Source: Octopus sinensis (taxonomy: Eukaryota). Taken from it: a stretch of DNA of 64,000 bases. Numbering within the stretch: the first letter of the stretch is position 1; each line of letters opens with the position of its first letter. The translations under genes were made by a program, and so were the position numbers. The notes under the pieces are model-generated. The model was not told the DNA's origin. It ran no database searches and was given only the letters and a program-made list of their open reading frames with translations. Location: the NCBI RefSeq assembly GCF_006345805.1, contig NC_043005.1, forward strand, positions 12,214,001 through 12,278,000. The letters are read 5' to 3'. This document shows, piece by piece, positions 14,129-30,200 of the stretch.

Positions 14129-15266
14129 GGAACCACTGGCCTCCTACATCAACCCCAGTGCTCAACCAGTGTTTCATCAACTTCGAAAGATGAAGGGCAA
14201 AGTCGAACTCCGAACATAAAGACGGACGAAATACCGAATTCCTGCATGCTAACGAATCTGCTAGTTCACCGCCTGATTTTGTATTATAATAATCGCAAAT
14301 ATATTAGCAGGACTAAAATGTGAAATAGAAAAATAATTACTATATTTAGAAAGCACTACCCAAATTCAGAGGCAAAATGATTATCTTTACTATAGTTACA
14401 GAATGGTCTGGGTCTTGCATAACTAGAAAAGCATTCTAGATCTATGTACTGTAATAATAATAATATAAAATTATCAAGTAAATATTAAAGAGATTTTTTT
14501 TTAATATTTAGCTACAAGAACAAAGATGGAATGAAAATCTGTTTTTGTTTACAGGGAATCCAAGAACTACAACAAGGTAATTAAATATTGTAAGAAAAAC
14601 ACCATAGATTCTAAAACGGAAGCTAAATGCAAGCCTGATAATACGACTAGAGGCTATCATATTGAAACGTGGCAAGAGAAACCTGCATCTGAGCAATAAC
14701 TGAAACAAGTTAATGAAAGGACAAACGGATATAAAAAGATGTCAGCGATTGCTCAGGGTCGCATGATTTTTTGTAGATTGGTTCAATAACAAAACCTTAC
14801 TATTAAAGAAATAAATTAAGAATGCAAATGTAACTACAGAATATATGGCTGCAGAAAAGCAATTAATTATATTGTTTCTTGCCTTTCCCAGGCAATTAAT
14901 TACGTTTGAACTACAGTGTCTGATGTAATTTTATTCTTCTCAAATGACCCACTCTCTACGTGCACAGCATATATTCTGAATATTGTCGAACATAGAAACA
15001 CTCTCAATAAGAAGCATGCATTCTTCTGGCAGCGTCACCATTGAATGGAATCTATCTGAATATATTTGCCAGTCTTTCGGTTATTATGTCAATGTATTCT
15101 CTCGAGATGATGTACACCAATCAAGCTAACCTCCCCTGAGGGCGTGCGTGTGCGTGCATGCACACATACACATATACAATACAGAATCACACACATAAAG
15201 TGAAAGAGTTAACTAGAGTTATAAAGATAGAATGTATATTTCTTTTTCATAATTGAATTTAACACA

Positions 15267-15289
<23 letters not shown>

Positions 15290-15356
<67 letters not shown>

Positions 15357-15831
15357 CGTGTGTGTGTGTGTGTTTGTGTGTGTAAATGTACGTATATGTT
15401 CACACAATTCTAACGTTGGCTTAGTATACATATCGCGCATATATATTATTCGTATGTGTATACGTATACATACATAAATACAGACATATATACACACATA
15501 CACACATACATACATACATACATTCATACATACATACATAGCATAAATTCATACGTGCATACATTCGCACATACATACATAAAGTCATACATACATTCAT
15601 ACATACATACATACATACATACATTCATACATAAATTCATACATACATTCATACATACATACATTCATACATACATACATACATACATTCATATATACAT
15701 ACATACATTCATACATACATACATTCATACATACATACATTCATACATACATTCATACATACATGCATTCACACATACATACATACACACATGCACACAT
15801 ACATACATACATACATACATACATACATACA

Positions 15832-15860
<29 letters not shown>
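15290..15860. repeat. (CT)/(TA)/(TG)/(TACA)n microsatellite block
   Basis: Direct inspection. Confidence 0.95.
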
Positions 15861-15863
<3 letters not shown>

Positions 15864-16391
15864 CCTATGTATGTACGTGCCTGGCATATCTGAGTCTGCG
15901 CAGATGTATTTGTGTCGGGCTTAATTGAAATGAGAAGCACTCATGCTAATGGAAAAAAAAGCATTTTAAATCATGCACTTTGATAATCAATTAATTTATA
16001 GATCCTTGACCATGATTTAACAATTACAACTCAGCGATGTGTGAAATGGTGAATTATAGTTTTACCCTTTCGCCGAAGAAAATTTTGACGTCCAATAATG
16101 AAGTCTATGCATCTTGGAGATATCTGGAATTATTTAATTGGTAAGAAAAGGAAAGACAATTTTCAGTGAGAGCATTCTAACGAGGGAAATAAATGATTTC
16201 ATAGCTTGGCGCAAGGCAGCAGTTTTGAGGGGATGTCCTAGGACGACTTAATCGACATAGCTCTTTGAGTGGTACTTCATTTTCTGGAAATTGAATGGGT
16301 GAAAAGCAAACGTTGATCTCGTGAGGATTTGTCTCAGAATGTAAAAAAGTCGGAAGAAATATTGATAAGCATTTTCTCCGACACACCAATG

Positions 16392-16510
16392 TGATACGGC
16401 CATATCACATTAAAAGCACCTGATCTCGTCCGATCACCGAAGTTAAGTAACGTCGAGCCTAGTTAGTACTTAGATGGGTGACTGCTTGGGAAACCTAAGT
16501 CCTATAAGCG
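16392..16510 (+). rRNA. 5S: 5S rRNA copy, probably a pseudogene
   Basis: tacggccatatcac...gatctcgtccgatcaccgaagttaag...gttagtacttagatgggtgactgcttgggaa is a full-length ~119-nt match to metazoan 5S, with substitutions in box C and helix I. Confidence 0.9.
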
Positions 16511-16520
16511 TCACATATTT

Positions 16521-16687
16521 AGGCGCAGGAGTGAGGGTGTAGTAAGTAGCTTACTTACCAACCACATGGTTCCGAGTTCATTCCCACTGCGTAGCACCTT
16601 GGGCAAGTGTCTTCTACTATAGCCTCGGGCCAACCAAAGCCTTGTGAGTGGATTTGGTAGACGGAAACTGAAAGAAATCCGTCGTAC

Positions 16688-16718
<31 letters not shown>

Positions 16719-16770
16719 TATGTGTGTGTATGTATGTATGTATATGTATGTGTATGTGTGTGTGTGTGTG

Positions 16771-16798
<28 letters not shown>
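16521..16798 (+). mobile_element. SINE family A, 5' half plus microsatellite, directly behind the 5S copy
   Basis: aggcgcaggagtg...ggaaactgaaagaa, then (TATG)/(TG)n; the 3' half is absent. Confidence 0.85.
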
Positions 16799-16801
<3 letters not shown>

Positions 16802-17149
16802 AAACACCAATGACGACGATGACACCACCACCAGCAACAACAGCAGCTGCAATAACAACACAATGATCCTCAACAAAGCTACTTCGTTTTTGAAAGCCGT
16901 TAGGAATTGGACAATTATTTTCAGTGGATGACTTAAATATTAAGGCACTGAAATACAAGAGTGGCATTATGAAACCACGTGTTATGTGCCTTAATGAGGA
17001 GTTTAAATTCCGCCGAGGTCGACTTTGCCTTTCATCATTCCGGGGTCGATAATATTAGTACCAGTTGACACTGGGGTCAACGTAATCGACCTATCCACCT
17101 CCCCCAAGCTCCCCATTTTGGCAAAATTTTGAGATAATGATAATAAGAT

Positions 17150-17272
17150 AGTAGTATTAGTAGTAGTAGTAGTGTTAGTATTAGTAGTAGTAGTAGTGTT
17201 AGTATTAGTAGTAGTAGTAGTAATTATAATTATAATGATAATAATAATAATAATATTAATAATAATAATTAC

Positions 17273-17330
<58 letters not shown>

Positions 17331-17349
17331 ATTATTATTATTATTATTA

Positions 17350-17385
<36 letters not shown>

Positions 17386-17398
17386 CATCATCATCATA
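17150..17398. repeat. (AGT)/(AAT)/(ATT) compound microsatellite
   Basis: Direct inspection. Confidence 0.95.
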
Positions 17399-18140
17399 TT
17401 CGATGTTCAACATTTAAAAAACTTAAATTTGAAGTAGAATAGACTGGATCCAAATATGACTGTCCCTTCCTTTGTTTCCATATGCATAGCGTGCCCCAAC
17501 TTATGCTCCATAGTGTATCTTCTAGATTTTAGTACAGTTAGTAAAATGCGATGTGAGGAAGAATTAGCTAGAATTTCTTGCAGGTTGACTGAGCATATAA
17601 TAACTGCACCATCACCATTATCACCAACTGTGCCAAAGTTGAGAGCGTAGTCTGAAGGTCTCATTTAGAATACGTTAAATGGTGAAGTTGGGAAGAATCA
17701 ATAGAGCGAAATGAATTGATGTTCTCAAGACTCAAAGACTATCTAATGCCTCACATCATCGTCAAAGATGAAAGACTGGGAGCCTCGCTTGTAAAGAGAA
17801 GGATTCTCTTTAATGTTATAAGTTTCCACCATTCTAGTGACAGCGGTAGTGGACAGGTAGGGTATGGACTTAAAAAATCAGTACCGGTGATTCGTTGATG
17901 TTGTAATCTTAGTAGAAAAGTTAGAGGTAATGGTTGTGGTGGTGGTGGTGGTGGTGGTGCTGTTTGGATAGTGGAGTTGGTCGTGTAAGAGATGGTGGGG
18001 CAAACATTGCTGAGAGGGAGCCTTGGTGGTGGGGTTTTTCATGGAGTGGAGGTTGTAGTGAAAAGGGTAGTTGAAGAAAAAGGATTTGCAGGGTAGATAA
18101 CAGGAAAGGTTGCTGTTGTTGCTGTTATTATTGTTGTTGT

Positions 18141-18194
<54 letters not shown>

Positions 18195-18206
18195 AATAAT
18201 AATAAT

Positions 18207-18242
<36 letters not shown>

Positions 18243-18275
18243 TATTATTATTATTATTGTAAACAACATCATTGT

Positions 18276-18438
18276 AGGTGTAGCAGTGGCTGTGTGGTAA
18301 GTAGCTTGCTCACGAAAGACATGGTTCCGGGTTCAGTCTCACTGCGTGGCACCGTGGGAAGCTGTCTTCTACTATAGCCTTGCGAGTGGATTTGGTAGAC
18401 AGAAACTGAAAGAAGCCCGTCGTATATATGTGTATATG

Positions 18439-18487
<49 letters not shown>

Positions 18488-18702
18488 TGGTGAGTCTGTG
18501 TTTTCCCCCCTCCCAACTTCACTTGACAACCGATGCTGGTGGGTTTACGTCCCCGTAAATTAGCGGTTAGGCAAAAGAGACCGATGGAATAAGTACTAGA
18601 CTTACAAAGAATAAGTCCTGGGGGCGATTTGCTCAACTAAAAGGTGGTGCTCCTGCATGGCCACAGTCAAATGACTGAAACAAGTAAAAGAGTAAAAGAG
18701 TA
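18276..18702 (+). mobile_element. SINE family A, full length
   Basis: Matches 4488-4897. Confidence 0.88.
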
Positions 18703-18859
18703 ACATTACATGACATGACTTTTATTTTTGGAGACAACTGGGATTTATGTTCATAAGACTTTGGTAGCTATTGCTAGCATTTGAGTGTCCATTATGTAGC
18801 CTTTTGGTGGTGCGTATACTCATATTGGTTCTTTATTTATCATGATATTAATAATCCTT

Positions 18860-19255
18860 TGTCCTATAGGCACAAGGCCAGAAAACGTGGAGGAGGCGAC
18901 TAGTCGATTACATCGACTCCAGTGTTTCACTGGCACTTAATTCATCGAGTCCGAAAGGATAAAAGGCAAAGTCGACCTCGACCGAATTTGTACTCAGAAC
19001 GTAGCGACAGGCGAAATACCGCTAAGCATTTCGTCCGGCGCGCTAACGATTCTTATTTCTTTACTGCCCACAAGGGGCTACACACAGAGGGGACAAACAG
19101 GGACAGACAAAAGGATTAAGTCGATTATATCGACCCTGAAAGGATAAAAGGCAAAGTCGACCTCGGCGGAATTAGAACTCAGAACGTAGCGACAGGTGAA
19201 ATACCGTTAAGCAGTTCGCCCGGCGTGCTAACGATACTGCCAGCTCGCCGCCTTC
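18860..19255 (-). mobile_element. SINE family B, composite multimer
   Basis: Two heads plus the internal module and the short-tail end on the minus strand. Confidence 0.8.
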
Positions 19256-19315
19256 ATGATGTTAATAATAAAAGATCTGAAGGCGGTGACTGGGAGAATC
19301 GTTAACACACCGTGT

Positions 19316-19422
<107 letters not shown>

Positions 19423-20889
19423 TAAAGCTGTAACGGTTTGTAAAATGAGAAGTATTGATTTTACGGTGAATTCTTTGACAAGTTGTATTTCTTCACTCAG
19501 CCTTCATGCTTACCGTGAAACAAAGTGTTAAGCGTCATTTTCCGAACTTATGTAACAACAAATAGGTGACAATGAGCAACACTGACAATTAGATTGTTGT
19601 GATTTAATTAGTAACCGGTTTATTAGGTGACATGATTGAGCTTAAAACCACCTTAGATTAATTTACAAGGTTATTATTTTTTTTTTCGCGTTATGTTACT
19701 AGTTATACGATCTAGAAAAGTAATTAGGCGATATATTTTTATATCAAGTTATTGGTATCACATCTGATTTTCAATAATCATCGACGTGTTTATCTGTACT
19801 AAAGTAAGTATCCTGATTATAGCAGTTGTATCATGTAACCTTTTAATGAGTATCATCATTTATAAGCAGCGAAGGTGTAATAGATGACACATCCAATAAT
19901 TATACATGGCATCAGATTTTAGGAAATCTGCTTGGTGTGATAGCACCGATCATACCACGGTTTTCATGCGGTGCACGTCTGTGTGTAATTTCATTTGCAG
20001 ATTGAATTCTGCAAACAGAATTAACTTGAAATATCAAGATTTATTGTGGACAGATTTAAAAGCAAAACCTAAGACATATTTTAATGGAAATATTCGGTTC
20101 TTTTCTTAAGCGTAGTGGTGTCTTAATCGCTCTTTCTTTCTAGATCATATGTTAAGAGACTAAATTGTGGGAGATTTGGTGTGTAATCCAGTAAGGATCT
20201 TAATATATCCTGCCAATTATTAGGTCTTAGAAGTTTATAAGAGATTACGTATTAGAGGAATGTATCTAGCCCGGTATATAGTGTTATCGCATTATACAAC
20301 GGCACCTATAAACAGCTTATAAACAGATATCACTCAAGTGTGACTAGGTCCAACACTGAATACTTTGTAAAGATTAAATACTAAATTTTCTATCTGAATG
20401 TATCAAGCCAATTTGATGAAAAGATTCTCAAGTTACGAAAAGGTTCTGCTGTTGAGTTTAGTAAAATATTGATTTCTCGCGAAAGTGTTTGACTATTTGT
20501 TTTCATTTTACGTTTAAAAAATTCAACTCGTCTAATGAAAACTAAAAAGAAAAGAAAATATTTGATTTCATTCATGAATTTATTTATTTATGTTTTATTT
20601 TTATTTTATTTTATTTATTTATATTGTTTCGACAGAAAGATTTCTTTGAAGTGAGTTTGGATTTTATAAGTCGACAGTTTCTCATTCGAGTTAATGATTG
20701 GATTGACTGTTTTATTTCTTGTACACAGAGAAGGCTGGGCGATGTGAAATAGCGTTAGTGGTGCGTGTCTTAAATGGCGATCAGCTGAAAAGCCGACTGA
20801 CCCATCCGGAATAAGACGGCAATTAACAAAATGAAGTCACTCTAGAAAATTAACAGGCTCTGAAACCACCGTTTCCACCATCACCACTA

Positions 20890-20953
<64 letters not shown>

Positions 20954-21674
20954 CACTACTACTATAACCACCACCACCACCACCACCACCACCACCACCA
21001 CCACTACCGCTGCTGCTACTGCTTATTTTTCCTTTATTCTGCTGCTGCTGCCGTTGGCGCAACTGTCATGAACAACATTTATTTAATTTCTCTACCGTCA
21101 TCCTCAACAGAAATAGCAACATCTCTACAACTACCATCTTCATCTTCATCATTAGTACCATTCCTCATCTACTACTCTTACTACTTGAACCATATCAAAA
21201 CATTACCGCCTCATCACCTGAATACCTTATCACATGATCAGATCACCTACGATTGGTTTTAAATTTCGAAAAAAATTTTTTTTTAATCAGCAATTCTGAT
21301 GGAGCGAATATATTACATCGACCTCAGTGTTCAACTGGTACCCATTTTATAGACCCAGAAAGGGATGAAAGGCAAAAACTCGACATTGCTGGTATTTGAA
21401 CTCAGAACGGACGAATTGCTGCCAAGTAGTTTGCACGGCGAGCTAACAAATCGGCCAGCTTGCACCTTAACAAATCTCTTATTATTGATTTCAAATTTTG
21501 GCACAAGGCCAGCAATTTCGTCGGAAGGTGTGAGTCGATTACATTCATTCCAGAACTCTACTGGTACTTAGTTTATCGAACCCGAAATGAGGAAAGGCGA
21601 AGTCAACCTCAGCTGTAATTGGTTTCAGAACGTATAGCCGAGTGAAATGCGGCAAAACATTTTGTCCGGTGTGC

Positions 21675-21979
21675 TACAAAGACCTGGAAATAGAGGTAAC
21701 TCGAATGTGAAGTCTAAAAGCAGAAACAATTCCTATCATAATAGACACATTAGGTATGATAAATAAATATTCAGACAAAAAGATAACAAAAGCACCAGGA
21801 CTAACAAGTATATATAACATACATAATATAGCAGTACTAGGCACCGCACACATCCTACGTAAAACACTTTCAATACTATAACAATAAGAGCACCACAATA
21901 AACCACAGCACACACCCAAGACACACAGAGCTGCGCTCGGTAGTGCCGAGAAAGCAAATGATGAAAATAAAGACTACTG
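21675..21979 (+). mobile_element. R4/Dong-type non-LTR retrotransposon 3' fragment (diverged)
   Basis: YKDLEIEVTRM...ETIPII...ALLGTAHILRKTLSI plus a 3' UTR ending ctactg|aataat. Confidence 0.85.
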
Positions 21980-21993
21980 AATAATACTAATAA

Positions 21994-22483
21994 TGTACGT
22001 TGTTCTGTGTTGGTATAAAAATGGGCTACAGCAAATATTCAGCTCAAAACCAGACATTTGTTTGTCAGTTGTTTGACCATAACCAGTTAGGCATGTTCCT
22101 CGATGGTTGACAATATATGCAATTCTGATCACAAACAGAAGTAATAGGGAAACATCATTGCCATGTGTTGTGAGGAATTATTTGGGGTTTGAATAAATAT
22201 CTTCTGGAAACATGGATGTTTCGTTCATCATCCTTAAAAAAAACACTTATTCAAGGACCTTTTGAGCGGCATGGGCTACTTGACCCAAAGAAAATTGTAA
22301 TTGCGCCTCCACCTTCAGGGTCATGCGCTGTTCATCTTGGTATGAGATCACTATGTCACCCACATATGGTCGTTATGCATGTACCAGATGTACTCTTAAT
22401 TGACAGGTAGTCATAATGGGTATACTGGGTTTCGTATATTTTACTCCAGTGTCACTTTGATGGCATGCACTGCTCCCTCACTC
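21994..22483 (+). mobile_element. Element D, full length (~490 bp), (AAT)n on both sides
   Basis: Starts taat|gtacg and ends ctcactc|(aat)n. Confidence 0.8.
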
Positions 22484-22496
22484 AATAATAATAATA

Positions 22497-22565
<69 letters not shown>

Positions 22566-22989
22566 GTTCTGTTATAGGAAGAACGCTTGATATTTGCATG
22601 GTGAGGACACATCAATTACATCGACACCAGTTACCATCTGGTACTTGTTTCACCTCAGAAATGTGAAAAGCAAAGTTGACATCGCTGTAATCTGAAGTCA
22701 GAATGTAAAACGTCGGAACTACCGGCGCTCGAACAAATTTTCCTGTTCGACACCCTTTGCAAATAAAAAAATTTGTGCTCGTGTCGAGTGGGGTTGATTC
22801 CCTGCAAAAGTTGGCCTTATTGTTTAGTTGTATTTTGTGTTTCTGGGTTTTGTTTGTCCTTCTTACCCATCCCAGTTTCAGCAGTAATCTATTTCTCCGT
22901 TTGCTTTCCATCCTCGCTTTATTAACATAAGACGATGAATGGGGCAAGCTTAATTATTGCTAGAAGCCTGAATAAATCGGCCATTTTGT

Positions 22990-23700
22990 TGTTTGCAGGT
23001 AATGAGATCAAAGGTGATCTGTGATCTTCCAGACCCGCACCTAACGTCTCCACAAGAACAGCCAACTCTGTTGACTGCTGTTGCTCCTTCAGTTTTACCC
23101 CTTTTAGTTTTATTCCCAGTTTTGTAGCGGCTGGAAATATTGGGCCTGATTACAGAAATGCACTCACTAGGCATCTAGAAGGGTGGACAACTCTAGAAGG
23201 AATCACTTGTTTTGTTGGTTGAGAAGCATTTGTATGTCCAAATAGTACCCCATCCAGTAATATTCTGTCAAAAGCGAAATGAGCAGTGAATCCCTGCTTA
23301 TGTTATGGAATAAATGTGACCACAGATCAGGATAGTCAACACTGGTGTTTTATCTCTGTAGGATTAGTTGGAGGAAGGCATATAGCACAAGCCCTAAACG
23401 TGTCTCCCAGACTCCTCTGAGGTTTTAAACGAGAGCTCAATTTTTATGCTCTCCGTCATCCAGTGTTGGAAACCTCAGTTCATGTATGAGCGAATGCTGC
23501 AATTTTTATCGATGTAATATGGAAGCTTCTACCCTTTTATAACGCACAGGTCGATTACCATTCTTCTCTTTCATGGCAACATTTAGGAGGGACCTGCTTG
23601 ATTTTGTCTTATAATACGCCTGGAACACATCTCTTGAAAAACGTATATGCAAAAGGTATGGACTAGTTATATTTCTAGCGTTATTTGCACTTGGCAAGAC
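22990..23700 (-). mobile_element. Possible highly degraded LINE APE-endonuclease region
   Basis: Broken-frame motifs CAICLPP, GFTAH (GDFNAH-like) and GRS.DH.LIS, with many stops. Confidence 0.35.
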
Positions 23701-24128
23701 TTGTAAGTGTTGTCAAAAAATCGCTAAAATTCTTCATTGTAATGGCATTTTCGATAGAGAAATCATATTTGCTTTCTTTAAAAAAAAAATAAAAACATTT
23801 GTAATGTGTTCTTCAATATTCTTGTTCCTTTTGTGTTTTGTTTGCTGCGATACACTTTTTCATCATTTTTTTTTTTACTGGAGGCTTGGTTGGACTTTCT
23901 CTTAACCGTTTTGTATAGTATATGTATGAATAAAGATGAGTAATGTAACACAAATATTATTTGTTTAAAAGCAAGCATGATTTTTCATCTCAACTCTGTA
24001 TGGCAGTTATTCAATTTCTCCGGAGTTACTGAATGCGAATATATTCCGAAACCAAATTCTCATTCCATGCGGTTTTACGTGGTGATATCCAGCCAGTACT
24101 TGATCATATCGACAGTTTATCGACTACA

Positions 24129-24192
<64 letters not shown>

Positions 24193-24267
24193 TTGATAAT
24201 AATAATAATAATAATAATTAATAATAATAATAATAATAACAACAACAACAACAACAACAACAACAAC

Positions 24268-24568
24268 TTTGTGGTTTGAATAATTCACCTCTGGAAGCAT
24301 GGGTGATTCGTTCAACATCCTTAAACAATCCTTATTCAGGGACCTTTTCAGCGGGATGGGCTACTCAACCAGAAGAAAAAAATTCTAACTGGGCCCCACC
24401 TGCAAGGTTATGTGCTGTTTATCTTGATATGAGATCACCATGTCGAGTACATATGGTTGTGATGCATGTGCCCTGTTTACTTTTATCAGACGGGTAGTCA
24501 TGATGGGTATACTGGGCTTCGTATATTTTACCCCAGTGTCACTTTGATGCCATGCTCTGCTCTCACTC
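24268..24568 (+). mobile_element. Element D, 5'-truncated
   Basis: Homologous to the 3' part of the 40190 copy; ends ctcactc(aat)n. Confidence 0.8.
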
Positions 24569-24604
24569 AATAATAATAATAATAATGATAATAATAATAA
24601 TAAC

Positions 24605-25556
<952 letters not shown>

Positions 25557-25569
25557 AATAATAATAATA

Positions 25570-25626
<57 letters not shown>

Positions 25627-25675
25627 AATAATGATAATAATAATAATAATAATGATGATGATAATAATAATAATA

Positions 25676-25719
<44 letters not shown>

Positions 25720-25772
25720 TAATAATAATAATGATAATAATAATGATAATAATAATAATAATAATGATGATG

Positions 25773-25839
<67 letters not shown>

Positions 25840-25866
25840 TAATAATAATAATAATAATTCAATAAT
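25557..25866. repeat. (AAT)n/(GAT)n microsatellite
   Basis: Direct inspection. Confidence 0.95.
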
Positions 25867-26586
25867 TCTTTCTGCTATAGACACAAATCATGACCTGGTA
25901 CTCATTTTACCGACCCCAAAATGATGAAAGGCAAATTGACATCAGGGGAATTTGAACTCAGAACATAAAGATGGACGAAATGTCGGTCAGGATTTAGCTC
26001 GGCACCCTAATGACAAGCCTTACCCAGCTCACAGCCTTGGCCTTAAACATATACTAGAAAGGATTATTACTGCTATCCAATATAATATGTGAGGCACCTC
26101 TTATGCTAAAAGCTGTTATATTGTTAGCGATTCGCTATTTAGCAATTGTAATTTAATTTCTATGCTCTATACCACCGACGACAGCATTGCATTTCAACCT
26201 GAGGTTGGTGGGAGTCGACACAAATAAGTACTTGTCAAATACGGAATAAGTCATAATCGACAAAACTTTTGCCACAGAACCGGGATCTAGCGACCATGTT
26301 GCAGCTTCTTATGCTAAATCTGATGATGAAATTGGCTTATGAAATAAGTTGCTTTCGACAGTGACTCAAAATACAACAACCACGCTATCGACAACAGCCT
26401 CCACTAATACTATTGTCACGAAAGTAATAAGAATGTTATGATAGAAAACCATTTCATCATAAGTCCCCTGTAATAATGCTGACCTAAGCTTAACCACAAA
26501 GATCATAGTGAAATTGGCATTGATATAATCGACTTATCTACTCTCCTCGACAATTGCTGGCCTTGTGCTAAATTTTGAAACCCTAA

Positions 26587-26635
<49 letters not shown>

Positions 26636-26667
26636 TATTATTATTATTATTATTATTGTTATTATTA

Positions 26668-26733
<66 letters not shown>

Positions 26734-26735
26734 TT

Positions 26736-26949
26736 AAGGCGCGAGCTGGCAGAATCGTTAGCACACCGGGCAAAATGTGTAGTGGTATATCATCCGACTT
26801 TACGTGTTCTGAGTTCAGATTCCATCGTGGTTGATTTTGCCTTCCATCTTTTCGTGGTCGATAAATTAAGTACCAGGTGCATACTGAGGTCGAACTAATC
26901 GACTTACCCCCTCCCCCAAGTTTCAGGCCTTGTGCCTTTAATAGAAAGG

Positions 26950-26950
<1 letters not shown>
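26736..26950 (+). mobile_element. SINE family B (short-tail variant) between (ATT)n arrays
   Basis: aaggcgcgagctggcagaatcg...ggccttgtgcct...aaaggattatt. Confidence 0.8.
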
Positions 26951-27023
<73 letters not shown>

Positions 27024-27632
27024 CATCATCATTATTATTATTGCTTTTCATCTTTTTAGGTTTGATAGAATAGTACCAGTTGAATACTGGGTTAGAGTTC
27101 CCAGCTCTATTGAAACAATAATAAGTATTATTATTTTTACTTTTATACACCAATTCAGCGAATTCTATATGCAGTATCCGGTTTCTATCAGAATTTACTA
27201 TACTTGTTCACTAATCTAACAATTCTTTTGAAAAAACACAAAATCATTATCAAATTTCATTGTTCGCATCCATTAAAATAAATTTTATTTTCTTAGTTTT
27301 TGAAGTAATATGTCTCTAATACGTCTGTAATCATTTATGTTTTTTATCAGATGATTTATTTCGTTTAGAATTTTTTTCCATCCATTTCATCATGTCTGCT
27401 GACATTTTTAGATTGGCAGTATTATACTTTGAAATATTTGCGGAAAATAAAAGAACAATGAAACGAGTGAAATTTTAATGCAATTACCCACACGCAGGCA
27501 CACACACACACATACACACACATACACACACATACACGCACATACACACACATGTATGTATAAATGTGTAAATGTGAATATGTATATATGTGTATATATA
27601 TGTGTGTGTGTATATATATATATACAGTTACA

Positions 27633-27674
<42 letters not shown>

Positions 27675-27689
27675 GTATATATATATATG

Positions 27690-27739
<50 letters not shown>

Positions 27740-27779
27740 TATATACATACATACATACATACATACATACATACATACA

Positions 27780-27811
<32 letters not shown>

Positions 27812-27837
27812 CATTCATATATATATATGTGTTTCTT

Positions 27838-27935
27838 TTATTCTTTTATTGTTTTAGTCATTTGACTGCGGCCATGCTGGAGCACCGTCTTTAATGGAGC
27901 AAATCAACACCAGGACTTATTCTTTGTAAGCTTAG
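27838..27935 (-). mobile_element. SINE family A 3' fragment
   Basis: cagtcatttgactgcggccatgctggagcacc-type tail on the minus strand. Confidence 0.75.
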
Positions 27936-27968
27936 TTGATACTTAAATCACAGCCACACCTTTGCCTG

Positions 27969-28009
<41 letters not shown>

Positions 28010-28430
28010 ACACGTATATATATGAGTATGTATAGATTCGTGTGTGATGTGTGTGAGTGCGTATAGACAAATGCGTATATACAATACGTATACACAAATA
28101 TACACATATGCGTCTATAATAAATGTTTATATATATGTCGCACACTTGCATATATATGTCGTTGTGTTGAATATTTGTTCTCTTTTGTGCATGTGCATTC
28201 ATAAAAGAGTCAATTCGCGTCAAGCGAATTTTTGGCAGGCAGCCATCTTTTTATTAAAGTACGGATGTTCTAAAATTCCATAGAAAAAATATATACACGA
28301 CGTGTTTTCTTATATATAACGGAATGGTTATCTCACCGTGGGAAAACTGAAGCAAGGTATATATTTTATAGTAGCACATATTTTCGAAGAAACATGTGAA
28401 CTTATTCTTCAAGTTTCTTTATATAAATGA

Positions 28431-28830
28431 CTAGCAGTATCGCCCGGCGTTGCTCGGGTTTGTAAGGGAAATAACTATATAAGCATTTTTAGAGATGTAA
28501 AGTATAATAGCCATCTCAATATGGCTAACCACAAAGGGGGGGGGGGTGTTACTGTAGCTTTTTACGTTCTGAGATTTAATGATAAATTTTTAGAGAGTTA
28601 CTTCCCTTATATATGCCAAAAATGCATTAAAAATGGGAAAAATTGATGGTAATTTTTTTTTTAAATCGTAGACTCATCGTAGACGCGCGCTAATACCCAA
28701 AAGAGCTCTATATGAATCACGACTATAAGATACCCGGTTTTGGTTAAACTGCACCGCAAAATGTGGGAGTAGTTAGGAATCTAAATCGTAGGAGACAGAC
28801 AACACACAACCTCACTTTTATATATAAAGA
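28431..28830 (-). mobile_element. Non-autonomous Helitron (~400 bp)
   Basis: On the minus strand: A|TC start, cccgagcaacgccggg hairpin ~8 nt before a CTAG|T end, no TSD. Confidence 0.8.
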
Positions 28831-29272
28831 TATTCATAATCCTTCCCTCTAATCATGAAATTCGATGATTAAATATTTTCAAAATATCACTCTGAATTCG
28901 AAAATAGTGTAATATTGAATATTCATGTCGTTTTAAATAACCATGTACATTTATCATTTAATGCAAATTAGCTCATCTCTTTGAAACTTACGGGTATATT
29001 AATTCTTTGGATTCTTCATAATTTATGTGAAGAACGGTTGATAGGTGAGTAATTTTGAGATATTTATCTATGACTAAGATGTTACAAAGTGACTAATAAT
29101 ATTCCCAATTCTCAAAAGTTAAAACCTGAAAGGTTTCGGTTTGTTATGAGATGAAGAGATGAATGTGAATCATTAATTGGTGTATCACTTAGCTTCTTCC
29201 GACTACACACACATATATATGTGCATATATATATATACATATATACATATATATACATATATATATCGATAT

Positions 29273-29406
<134 letters not shown>

Positions 29407-30200
29407 ATATACACCCATATATATGGATGTGTGTACGGATGAAATATAATAATACATATATGTGTATCTATATAATCCGGTACAATTCGTATGTGTGTAT
29501 ATTTATGTATGTTTGCATGCATGTATGTTTGAATCTATGTAAGTGTGTATGTATGTATGGCTGTGTGTACGTATGTATGCATTTATGCATGTATGTATGT
29601 ATGTTCTTTAGTCTTAATTATTTAATTTTTTACTCTAGGGAAGGAACAGGTTTCTAACAAAGATACAAAGCTCCATCGTTGGAACGTAGATAAAAGCAAT
29701 ATCACATTTTAAACTTCAGAAAAGTCATGCATATCTTAACTGTTCCACTTATGAATTGTATTTGTAATACGCGTGTCAGCTGGTTGAAATGTTTATCTGG
29801 AAGCCCAAGTTTATTAAGATTGTCACTTGAGAATTTACACGCAAAACCAAGGCAGCAATTATCATTGGTATAGATGTGAATTTATAATTTAGATAAAATA
29901 AAGCCCGAGGCTTTGAAGTATTTGTCCATTGTTATCCTCTTTCTCTCTGATTTCTATGTGATATTCATATCTGCATAACAGCTGACCTCTATAACAGTAC
30001 TTACATTTCCATATCTTTCCCAAACAACAATATCTAGCCTGTTATATTTACACATGGCAGTTGCTTTGACGGGAGTGTTCCGCCAGTATTCCTTACCATA
30101 ATATGTGTGCGTGATTCCCTGAATTTTGACATATTCTACATGTTAGATGACATCCTGGAGCTCCATGGGCCTCACAGTCTCTCTTTTCTTTTATTAGGTA

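Noticed and set aside
17407-17664. ORF with a plausible splice acceptor (ccttcag) on the minus strand
   Set aside because: No convincing donor site or recognisable homology, so an exon cannot be supported.
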